The translations under genes and the position numbers were made by a program. Positions 47,584 through 55,949 of a DNA stretch of 56,102 nucleotides are shown here, piece after piece. Positions within the stretch are counted from its first letter, which is position 1; each line of letters opens with the position of its first letter. The notes beneath the pieces were generated by a model that worked only from the letters and a program-made list of their open reading frames with translations, was not told the origin of the DNA and made no database searches. Source of the stretch: a virus. Taxonomy: Duplodnaviria > Caudoviricetes. The stretch covers positions 1 to 56,102 of the IMG/VR virus record IMGVR_UViG_3300022198_005692; one strand, 5' to 3'.

Positions 47584-50388
47584 ATGGCCAATCCAATTAG
47601 AATCAATGCCGCGACATTGAATAGGCCGGGGGTCTTTGTTGCTCAGGCAACAAGTGGCTCTCTTCCGCAACCCATCGCTACACATGCCGTGGGATATATC
47701 TTTGGCACTACTCCCGCCGAAGATTATTATGGAAAAGATGCTATTGATGCATATTCGTATTTAGAGCCTTATAAGCCAACTCAGATAGCATCCGCTGATG
47801 ATTATCTAGAGAAAATTGGGGCAACTGGCGTCCCTATCGGCAATAAGGGGGCCCTCGCCAGTTACGATAGTGTCAAAGCATTCTTTGATAATGTTGGAGT
47901 AAATGGTATTCTCTACTTTACCAGAGTAACTCCTACTCCAGAAACTGTAGTTGATATCGGAAAATCTACTGCTGGCACTGGATATAATGCATTTGCTATT
48001 AAAGTAAATGGTAGATATTTCGGTACTCCTATTGGTATCTACGACGCTGATAATACTGAGATCAAAGTTATTACAACAACTGGACTAGATCAGATTGACA
48101 ATGCTAGAGATGTATATACATATCTCTCTGGCAATGGAGACGGATTTGCTGATTTTTATAAAATCGAGCAAAATGCTATTGAAGCATTAGCCGGTAAATT
48201 CAGAATTTTTTCAAAGGACTCCCGTAGAGTACCAGAGATTGAAGAATTTCACGCTTATAAGTTCAGTAATTCTGAATACGCGCAAAAGATTGATCTACTT
48301 CAAGAAACTGGAGTCATATCATTTTATACTTCTGTCAAGGAAATTAACTTCCGTTGTGTATCTCGTGACCAGGCAACTAAAGAAGGTATCCTCCATCTTT
48401 CTGGAGCTCAATTAAGTTCTTTCTTTGCTGCACAGGATACTTATAATGATATTGCAACCCAGCAATCTGATATTCTTAAGGCTTTCCTTAATGATCAAAA
48501 GATTTATACAACTGGAAATATCCCCGACGACAAGTACGTAGCCATCTCAAAAGACCTTAGTACAAATACGACTAAGTGGGCTGATGCTGATGCGGTCTAT
48601 TGGCAATATGATGCTGGTACCAACGCCTTTACAAAAGTCGTAAGTGGTACTGATGCTATCGTACCAAGTGGAAATCCGGTTACCCGCCAAGGATATCTTC
48701 CTGATTCAGTTCAAGTATTCTACCTTAATGTAGCAGGAGAGAATAGAGCCATCATCGTTAATGGTTCAACTCCAGAAGAATTAACAACTGGGCTAGTCAA
48801 TGAAATCAAAGCAGTTCTTACTGAAAAGGATTTAATTGACTATTATACTGTAGAGGCGGTTTCGACAGAAACAGGAAAACTCTCAGATACTAAGTACATC
48901 CCCAACAATGGCCTTGACACAGATAGTGATCTGGTTTCAGCAGTTGGCAATCCTTACATCCGCCCTGAACTTTCTGAAATTTTCCTATCTGGAACTGTAG
49001 GAATAAGTGGCGGAGTAGTTACTGGTACTAATACATTATTTAGTACAGAATTAGCAAATGGTGGGACATTTGTTGCTAATGGAGTAACATTTACAATTGC
49101 TTCTATCTCGAGTAATACTCAGATGACAGTAACTCCTAACAATGTTACAATTGATCCAGGAGCACAAATTACTACAACTAATAAGTCGTCAGCCAATGGA
49201 TTCTATTCACATGACTACGTTCTAAGGGTAAAAATCACTTCCAAAAACGGAGTAAGTTCGCCTGTATACCCCGGCATCAATCGCTCTGGAATTTCTGATC
49301 CTAACGTAGTAAAACTAATTTCTACTGCTCAGAACGCTGGTTACGATTCTTATAAAGTATCCGCTACTGCAAAAGCCAATGATTTTGTCTATGCAATCGA
49401 GCAAGGAGTAGGCTCAGCAACATTAGCCCCGGGATTCTTATTTGCACCAGAAGCATATTCAGTGCTAACCTATGAGGCAGGAACAGGAGACTTTGCAAGT
49501 GCTTCCGAAGCTCGCCAAGAGAGGTTAAAGATTACGCAGACTCTGGTTCGCGCTGCTGAGGGCAAAATTGGAACGACTGAAGGAATTACTTCTACACAAC
49601 ATGTCGCTCTGATTGATTGTGGAGCTGACGAAGTTTCACTAGGTGATGTTCAAGATGAACTAGATCTTATCAAAGGCACAGTAGGGGTGCCATTCGGTCA
49701 CGCCGCATATTACGCTCCTTATGTGAAGAATCTAGACGATCGCTATGTTGCTCCTTCAGGATATGTAGCTGGTATTGCCTGCTCCAGATACATTAATGAA
49801 GGTTTCCAACAACCTCCTGCTGGAGCACGTTATCCACTACGTGGCGCCGTTGGACTTAAGTTCGATATCTCTGCCCAACAACAAGAAGTTACTTATGCCC
49901 TTGGTTTGAACCCAATTCGTTCACTTCCTAATCGCGGCATTGTAACATGGGGAGCAAGAACCCTCTCTACAAATCCTCTGTTTAAGTTTATTAACACCCG
50001 CGTAATTCTTAACGTCTTAGTTGATGTTCTTGGACGTAGTTTTGATGATATCTTGTTCGAGCAGATTGATTCAGCTGGTACCGTATATGCAAGAGTTAAG
50101 TCTATTGCCTCTCAGGTGTGTGGACAATTCTTCCGTCAAGGAGCATTATTTGGTTCAAGACCAGAACAGGCCTATTTAGTAGTCTGTTCATCTGCCAATA
50201 ATGATAATACATCTCTTGAACAGGGCACAGTAAGACTAGACGTTTACGTGGCCACAAGCCCAACTTTAGAACGTTTACTTGTTACTGTCGTTAGAACACC
50301 TGCTGGACAAGTGGTTCAGTTGAGTGATTCATTCTCCAGAAATGAAGAGAGATTTAGTAATCTTCTCAATACAACAAACGTATTCTGA
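47584..50388 (+). CDS. Contractile tail sheath protein with insertions
   Basis: RPGVFV N-terminus; AYYAPY, PSGYVAG, QPPAG, NPIR, WGARTL, FINTRV and FEQ motifs of the sheath C-terminal domain. Confidence 0.92.
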   Translation: MANPIRINAATLNRPGVFVAQATSGSLPQPIATHAVGYIFGTTPAEDYYGKDAIDAYSYLEPYKPTQIASADDYLEKIGATGVPIGNKGALASYDSVKAFFDNVGVNGILYFTRVTPTPETVVDIGKSTAGTGYNAFAIKVNGRYFGTPIGIYDADNTEIKVITTTGLDQIDNARDVYTYLSGNGDGFADFYKIEQNAIEALAGKFRIFSKDSRRVPEIEEFHAYKFSNSEYAQKIDLLQETGVISFYTSVKEINFRCVSRDQATKEGILHLSGAQLSSFFAAQDTYNDIATQQSDILKAFLNDQKIYTTGNIPDDKYVAISKDLSTNTTKWADADAVYWQYDAGTNAFTKVVSGTDAIVPSGNPVTRQGYLPDSVQVFYLNVAGENRAIIVNGSTPEELTTGLVNEIKAVLTEKDLIDYYTVEAVSTETGKLSDTKYIPNNGLDTDSDLVSAVGNPYIRPELSEIFLSGTVGISGGVVTGTNTLFSTELANGGTFVANGVTFTIASISSNTQMTVTPNNVTIDPGAQITTTNKSSANGFYSHDYVLRVKITSKNGVSSPVYPGINRSGISDPNVVKLISTAQNAGYDSYKVSATAKANDFVYAIEQGVGSATLAPGFLFAPEAYSVLTYEAGTGDFASASEARQERLKITQTLVRAAEGKIGTTEGITSTQHVALIDCGADEVSLGDVQDELDLIKGTVGVPFGHAAYYAPYVKNLDDRYVAPSGYVAGIACSRYINEGFQQPPAGARYPLRGAVGLKFDISAQQQEVTYALGLNPIRSLPNRGIVTWGARTLSTNPLFKFINTRVILNVLVDVLGRSFDDILFEQIDSAGTVYARVKSIASQVCGQFFRQGALFGSRPEQAYLVVCSSANNDNTSLEQGTVRLDVYVATSPTLERLLVTVVRTPAGQVVQLSDSFSRNEERFSNLLNTTNVF

Positions 50389-50391
50389 TAA

Positions 50392-52326
50392 ATGAAAGAA
50401 CACGTACTCAATTCCAACGAGCCTCTCTCATCTCAGAGACCCAAAAAGGTTGTTTTTATCGAGATGTTTAGAGCCGGTCCTCAGATCTCCTCTACTGGTC
50501 AGAAAATGATCTTTACAGAGGATGATCTAGAGCAGGTTGTTAATACATACAATCCTGATAAGCACGAGGCTCCGCTAATCATTGGTCATGACCAAGACGA
50601 CGGAACTCCCGCTCTTGGTTGGGTACGTAAAGTCTGGAGAAAAGGCAAAGAACTTTGGGGTAAGGTCGAACTTACCCCTAAGGCCGAAAACTTAATACGA
50701 GATGGAGTTTTTAAAAAGGTGAGTAGTTCATTCTACTTGCCAGATGCAGAAACAAATCCCACACCAGGGAACTTAGCCCTTCGGCACCTCGGATTGGTTT
50801 CAATCCCTGCGGTTAAAGGGCTAACCGCTTTTTCTGAACTCTCTGATTCAGAGACTATCACATTCACCCCCTCCGAAGGGGAGTCTTCTATTTCGTTTAA
50901 AGAACACTTAGGAAAAAATCAAACTATGGCTAGGAAAAAAACCAAAACAGAAACTCCTGCTTCGGTGATCGAACACTCCGAAGGGGGAATGACTGTTAAT
51001 ATCAACATTGGTGGTGGCAAGTCCGGCGCCAATGTATATGACGATAGCGGAAATAAAGTTTCAGAAACCGGTGCTCCTGCCGATTATGAAATGGATTATG
51101 GCATGGATGCAGATATGCCTCCTTCCGATCCCACAATGAGCATGGCAGATGACGCCGATCCCACCGCAGATGGTGGTGATGGCGGAGATATGCCTCCTGC
51201 TGATCCTACCGAAGACGGTGGTGATGACATGGGTGGTGATGATATGCTTACTGATGACACCGATTCAGACGATATGGGCGGTGAAGATGGTGGTGAAGGC
51301 GAAGATATGCCTCCTGCCGAGCCTTCTGAAGAAGGTGGAGATGAGGGTCCTGAAATGGAAACAGATGATGTGTCTGGAGACATGGAGGACGATGATCAAA
51401 AGATCGCTCAACTCGCCTCGGAATATGAAATTGATGAGTTAATCAAGGCTCTAGCTCTAAAAACCGATGCAGCTTCCATGATGGAAGGTGAGGATGGTAT
51501 GTCCTATGGCGAAATGCCCGAAGGACTTAAAAAAGCCATCGAAGCTAAGAAAGGTGAGAAAGAAGAGGGAGATGAGGAAGAGGAAGAGAAAACCGAAGAT
51601 ATGGGCGAAACAGTGAAAGAAGGAGAAAAGCCCTCTGAAGCTGAACATCCCACCTCCGAGGAAGTAAAGGGCGCTGAAGAACCCAAGGGAGAGCAAACCT
51701 ACGCCGAAGAGGAAGCCGAGGAAGAAACCGAAGTTTCTGATAATGGTGAGGGATGCAAAGACTACGAAGAGGATGAGGATGAGGATGAAGAGAAAAAGAA
51801 AATGAGCGATATGGCCGAAGAGACCACTGAAGAGGCTACAGGAACTCTGGATCATAGCGAACGCGCTATGGGAGTTCAGAGCGATTTACAAGCTCGGGTA
51901 GCCGAATTGGAGGAAGAACTAGCCAGACAGAAGAAGTTGATGAGAGAGAAAGAAATCTCTGAATTCTGTGAAACTCTCTATGAGGGCGGTAAGCTTACTC
52001 AGCAAATCGTTCCTAAGACCGATCTCGTACGGTTTATGGAGACTCTTAATAATAAGAACTCCGTGAACTTCTCCGAGTCAGGTAAAACTTCCCAATTTGA
52101 TTTCTTCAAGAATGTCCTTGAGAATCTACCCTCAATGGTTAGTTTTGAAGAATACGCAACCCAGGCTTCAGCTCCAGCAGCTAAGAAGTCAATCACGCCA
52201 TCAGCCGATGGGTACATCTACGACCCTTCTACAGCAGACCTCCATGCTCAGGCATTGGAATATGCTGAGAGCAAGGGAGTGGATTACACTATCGCCCTGA
52301 AGGCAATTATCTCAGATAACTCATAA
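50392..52326 (+). CDS. Mu-like prohead protease I fused to an acidic linker and scaffold
   Basis: IEMFRAG, APLIIGH, PALGWV, FKKVSSSF and LRHLGLVSIPAVKGL; very acidic middle; coiled coil and C-terminal LHAQALEYA...YTIAL scaffold end. Confidence 0.88.
   Translation: MKEHVLNSNEPLSSQRPKKVVFIEMFRAGPQISSTGQKMIFTEDDLEQVVNTYNPDKHEAPLIIGHDQDDGTPALGWVRKVWRKGKELWGKVELTPKAENLIRDGVFKKVSSSFYLPDAETNPTPGNLALRHLGLVSIPAVKGLTAFSELSDSETITFTPSEGESSISFKEHLGKNQTMARKKTKTETPASVIEHSEGGMTVNINIGGGKSGANVYDDSGNKVSETGAPADYEMDYGMDADMPPSDPTMSMADDADPTADGGDGGDMPPADPTEDGGDDMGGDDMLTDDTDSDDMGGEDGGEGEDMPPAEPSEEGGDEGPEMETDDVSGDMEDDDQKIAQLASEYEIDELIKALALKTDAASMMEGEDGMSYGEMPEGLKKAIEAKKGEKEEGDEEEEEKTEDMGETVKEGEKPSEAEHPTSEEVKGAEEPKGEQTYAEEEAEEETEVSDNGEGCKDYEEDEDEDEEKKKMSDMAEETTEEATGTLDHSERAMGVQSDLQARVAELEEELARQKKLMREKEISEFCETLYEGGKLTQQIVPKTDLVRFMETLNNKNSVNFSESGKTSQFDFFKNVLENLPSMVSFEEYATQASAPAAKKSITPSADGYIYDPSTADLHAQALEYAESKGVDYTIALKAIISDNS
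50926..52326 (+). CDS. Nested in-frame scaffold protein (Mu gpZ-like)
   Basis: In-frame ATG (MARKKTK) with AAACT context and an internal GTTTAAAG motif at 50895-50902. Confidence 0.55.
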   Translation: MARKKTKTETPASVIEHSEGGMTVNINIGGGKSGANVYDDSGNKVSETGAPADYEMDYGMDADMPPSDPTMSMADDADPTADGGDGGDMPPADPTEDGGDDMGGDDMLTDDTDSDDMGGEDGGEGEDMPPAEPSEEGGDEGPEMETDDVSGDMEDDDQKIAQLASEYEIDELIKALALKTDAASMMEGEDGMSYGEMPEGLKKAIEAKKGEKEEGDEEEEEKTEDMGETVKEGEKPSEAEHPTSEEVKGAEEPKGEQTYAEEEAEEETEVSDNGEGCKDYEEDEDEDEEKKKMSDMAEETTEEATGTLDHSERAMGVQSDLQARVAELEEELARQKKLMREKEISEFCETLYEGGKLTQQIVPKTDLVRFMETLNNKNSVNFSESGKTSQFDFFKNVLENLPSMVSFEEYATQASAPAAKKSITPSADGYIYDPSTADLHAQALEYAESKGVDYTIALKAIISDNS

Positions 52327-52340
52327 GGAGTAAACTAAAA

Positions 52341-52826
52341 ATGGCAACTGACCCACGTTACATGTCTTTTGACCACCAGTACGTTGAAACTGTGCAGACT
52401 ACAGCCGCTGTAGAAGCCCACAGATTCGTAACTCGCGCTGGTGCTTATCCCGCTGGTGGCGCTTACGCCGCTGGTGTTAGTGTTTATGCAGCCCCTGGCC
52501 AAGGTGAACTCACCGCTAAGGGCTACCAGGTTGATGATGGTTCGACTCTCGTTTACGAAGGTCAACTCAATCCTTCCACAACCCCATTCAAGACCAGTGT
52601 ATTCCCATACCAAGGTCTTCTTTCGATTGTTACCTCCGGTATTGCTATCGTTGAGGTAGATCCAACCGCTACCTTCGCTGTTGATGATGCTGTTGTTGCC
52701 AACGCCTCTGGCCAGGCTAACGATGGCGGAACAGGCGTGGTTCTTGGTCGTGCCCTAGATGCTATCACATCTGCCGGCGCTGGTCAATACATCCGCGTTA
52801 AGCTCGGTAACGAAGCTGGTGCTTGA
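52341..52826 (+). CDS. Capsid decoration/cement protein (DUF2190-like)
   Basis: Located between scaffold and capsid genes; SGIAIVE...GRALDA...GQYIRVKL pattern; SD AAGGAG. Confidence 0.75.
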   Translation: MATDPRYMSFDHQYVETVQTTAAVEAHRFVTRAGAYPAGGAYAAGVSVYAAPGQGELTAKGYQVDDGSTLVYEGQLNPSTTPFKTSVFPYQGLLSIVTSGIAIVEVDPTATFAVDDAVVANASGQANDGGTGVVLGRALDAITSAGAGQYIRVKLGNEAGA

Positions 52827-52857
52827 TAGATATCATTATTAAGGAGAACAAACTATC

Positions 52858-54739
52858 ATGATGAATTTAGATCAGGTCCGTGAATAATACGCGGCCTCTT
52901 TAGAATCAAATCCATGATAAAATAAGAAACATGATTAAATCCGGTATATACCTTATCAAACATAAATCTATTAAAAATTTAGTTTATGTGGGTAAGTCTG
53001 TTAATATCCATAAAAGATGGGAACAGCATAAAACCGGATTTAGATCTGCTAAAAAACTCCAAGAAGCATTTAAAAAATACGGAATCGATTTATTTGAATT
53101 TTCTATCCTAGAGGAAATAAATAATCCTAAAGAAATGGGAAAGAAAGAAACTCAATATATTGATTTTTATGATTCTTGGAAGAATGGATTAAATGGTTCT
53201 AGAGCCGGTGGTGAGTGGGGATCATACGCGAGAAGTTTTGTAAAAAACTCAAGTTTTAAACATTATAACAAAACAGACGCGCACAAAATCTCCTCAAAGA
53301 AAGCCGGTTCGATAGGCGGATTAAGAGCAAAATCAAATCTCTATAAAATGTTCCATGAAAATAAAATTTATATCTTCATTGGAACAACAACACCGGCTCA
53401 GTTTTTTAATATAAATCCAAATACATTTAAAAACTGGGCGACAGCAGGTAAAAACTATAAAGTTTTAAATAAATCATCAATAGAGATTTTGGGCAAAGCA
53501 AAAAACTTTGATAACATCGCTCCTAATACGATCTATCAAGAGGAAAAATCGGGTGAATTGCTGGAAGTCTTCAGAAGGGCATAATCCCCAAAAGATAATC
53601 AGCAGCCAAGCCAAGGAAGGGCTTAGTTTCCTTGGAAGGTTCAGAGACTAGGAGAATGAGTCCCAACAATAATTTCTCCCACGAGTGCCCGACATAAGAA
53701 AATAATTTCTTATGATGATATAGTCCGACACTCCGAGAAATCGGAGATCAGAGATAAAGAGCTCTGAATTAACAGATCGGTAATTGACCCTATTCTTACG
53801 CAACTCGCCCAGGGCTATAAGAACTCTGAAGGCGTAGCCACATTCTTCGCTCCTTCGGTATCTATGAATACCAGAGCTGGACGTACACTCGTTTTTGGTA
53901 AGGAGGCTTTTGCGGCTCAGTCGTTCCTCCGCGCTCCTGGAACTAACATCCAGAAGATCCAGAACGAATTCGGAACCCGTTCGTTCGCTCTCCGCCAGGA
54001 AGCGATCAGCTGGGAAATCGCCGAGGAAGTCGCTGCTGAAGCCAAGAACGGCGCTGCTCAAATTGACCTCCGTCAGTTTGCTGCTAAGGACGCTGCTAAT
54101 CGCCTCATGCAGTCTTGGGAAGTTCAGGTTGCTGATATCGTAACCGACTCCGCTCAGTACGAGACCGGTAACGTTCTCGATCTCTCCACCTATAATGGTG
54201 GTGCTGATCAGTTCAACAGCCCAACTGCTGACGTTGAGGTCCTCATGGACGACGCCAAAGAGCAAGTTCGCTCGCAGATCGGTGTCTATCCTAACAAGAT
54301 GGTGATCTCACCTGACGCCTTCAATGCCCTCAAGCGTAACAAGCGCATCCGTGACTTCATGCAGCGCGGTGTGCTCGTGGATGAGAAGACCCTAGCTCAA
54401 ATCTTCGGTCTTGATGAGATCCGTGTTGCCCGTAGACTCAAGCTCAACCAGTCCACTGGTGCTCTTGAGAACATCTACAACAACGTTGCTGTTCTCTTCT
54501 ACCATCCTTCGGGAGCAACTGATGGTTTCATGCCCGCTCTTGACGCCAACTATGGCAACCCTGCTTTCGCCTATACCTATACTCTCAGTGGTTATCCTAT
54601 CGCCACTCCTGAGCGTTTTAATATTGAGCGCAGAGTATTCACCGGCGACATCCTCGTTGAGCGTAGCTTCGAGCTCGTCGGCATGGGTGAAAATGGCAAG
54701 TGTGGTTCTGGTTTCATCTTCAACAATCCTGTTGCCTAA
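52858..54739 (+). CDS. Major capsid protein, join(52858..52881,53780..54739), 327 aa after splicing
   Basis: Exon 1 MMNLDQVR follows SD AAGGAG; exon 2 VIDPILTQLAQGYKN... is in frame with the 53864 ORF. The joined RVIDPILT is a typical N-terminus for Mu-like/cyanophage capsids; strongly biased codon usage. Confidence 0.88.
52882..53779 (+). mobile_element. Group I self-splicing intron (898 nt)
   Basis: 5' exon ends in U; GCGGCC internal guide pairs with the exon; core P AATTGCTGGAA (~53556), Q AATCAGCAG (~53597), R GTTCAGAGACTA (~53639), S GATATAGTCC (~53716); terminal omega-G at 53779. Confidence 0.92.
52931..53584 (+). CDS. Intron-encoded GIY-YIG homing endonuclease
   Basis: SGIYLI...VYVGKS...RWEQH...FEFSILE...GLN; its 3' end overlaps the ribozyme core. 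Confidence 0.9.
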   Translation: MIKSGIYLIKHKSIKNLVYVGKSVNIHKRWEQHKTGFRSAKKLQEAFKKYGIDLFEFSILEEINNPKEMGKKETQYIDFYDSWKNGLNGSRAGGEWGSYARSFVKNSSFKHYNKTDAHKISSKKAGSIGGLRAKSNLYKMFHENKIYIFIGTTTPAQFFNINPNTFKNWATAGKNYKVLNKSSIEILGKAKNFDNIAPNTIYQEEKSGELLEVFRRA

Positions 54740-54761
54740 GCCTAACTCACATATTACTTCT

Positions 54762-54787
54762 GAGGCCCCTAACCGGGCCTCTTTTTT
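54762..54787 (+). terminator. Intrinsic terminator after the capsid gene
   Basis: GAGGCCC-CTAACC-GGGCCTC-TTTTTT. Confidence 0.8.
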
Positions 54788-55100
54788 ATGTGATAAGTTC
54801 TTCTATTCTCTTTTTTAGAGAAGATATTTTCTGGATATTTATATCAAAAATATTTTTCTTTAGGTACTCGGTCTCACCAAACATCATATCCATACGAATC
54901 TCAACCAGTTCCTCAGAGTCCAAGTAATCAATGATCTTCTGATGTAGATCCTTCAACGTTTGTTGATCAACCTCTGCCATAGAATCTAGTGCATTTTGGA
55001 TATAATTAACTGTCTTCTTGATTACAAAAGTATCTACCCTGAGGTCTCTATTAATGGCCAAATCTAGTGCTTTTAAGTAGGCTTGGTAAAGAGAACTCAT
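54786..55100 (-). CDS. Hypothetical protein
   Basis: 104-aa helical ORF directly downstream of the endonuclease gene. Confidence 0.5.
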   Translation of the reverse strand: MSSLYQAYLKALDLAINRDLRVDTFVIKKTVNYIQNALDSMAEVDQQTLKDLHQKIIDYLDSEELVEIRMDMMFGETEYLKKNIFDINIQKISSLKKRIEELIT

Positions 55101-55104
55101 ACTA

Positions 55105-55875
55105 TTATGATATCATAGACCAACCCTTATATTCTTTTTTCTTACCACTAGCAACTTCCGATAACTTACTTTTATTGAGTGATAAAAAATTAAATTTTTC
55201 AACTAATTCGAATATTGCTAAATTTTTTTGAATTCCGTATAAGTCATGTTTCCAAGTTCTTAACTTGCAATTTGGATTTTTTCTTCCAGTATACATTCCT
55301 TTAGTTGATTCTGACATTTTCCTTTTTGCCTCTTTAGAATGTCCAACTCTATATAGCGGATGATTTTCACCTTTAAAAGCGCAGGAAATTTTTTTCTTTG
55401 TCTCCTCTGAATGCTTCCTTCCAAAGGCTTTATCAGCTATTTTCTTTCTAGTCTTTTCTGTATGTTTTTTTCCAAACATTCCATTTTTTGAACCTTTCCT
55501 AATTTCACTAAGTTTTGCTTTTGTTTCCTCAGACAGTGATTTACCTCTTAGAGCAAGAGATATTTTTTCTTTTCTTTCTTTCGTAAAAGGTATCGGTTTA
55601 TAATATCCAAAATATCCGGCATTTAAGCATAGAGGATCATTTATAAAATGTTTAATAAGTCTATATTCCACATCTCTACATTGTTTATAACCTTCTTCCG
55701 TATAATCAAATATCTCTAAAATTTGTTTTTTTGGCGTGTACACATCCCAATACCATTTATTTGTTTTAGGAGATCCAAAATACTCTTCATTAAATATTTT
55801 TTCTTTTTTACTCCCAAAATAATAAAAAGGAACTTCCTCAAAGGTTATTTTATAAATGTATATCCTAGGTTTCAT
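55105..55875 (-). CDS. Free-standing GIY-YIG (Seg-like) homing endonuclease with NUMOD3 repeats
   Basis: IYIYKIT...YYFGS...YFGS and repeated HSEETKKKIS / HTEKTRKKI motifs; very AT-rich. Confidence 0.85.
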   Translation of the reverse strand: MKPRIYIYKITFEEVPFYYFGSKKEKIFNEEYFGSPKTNKWYWDVYTPKKQILEIFDYTEEGYKQCRDVEYRLIKHFINDPLCLNAGYFGYYKPIPFTKERKEKISLALRGKSLSEETKAKLSEIRKGSKNGMFGKKHTEKTRKKIADKAFGRKHSEETKKKISCAFKGENHPLYRVGHSKEAKRKMSESTKGMYTGRKNPNCKLRTWKHDLYGIQKNLAIFELVEKFNFLSLNKSKLSEVASGKKKEYKGWSMIS

Positions 55876-55949
55876 GGGTGTAATCTATATTAGTTAGTTT
55901 AACTATATTTAAACCATAATGTTTAAAGTTAAAATAGATGATTAAAGGT

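Noticed and set aside
47584-50388. Extracellular contractile injection system (eCIS/tailocin) locus
   Set aside because: Portal, protease, capsid and head-tail adaptor genes show a complete phage head.
53648-54265. 205-aa minus-strand ORF
   Set aside because: Antisense to capsid exon 2 and the intron core; explained by the codon bias of the capsid gene.
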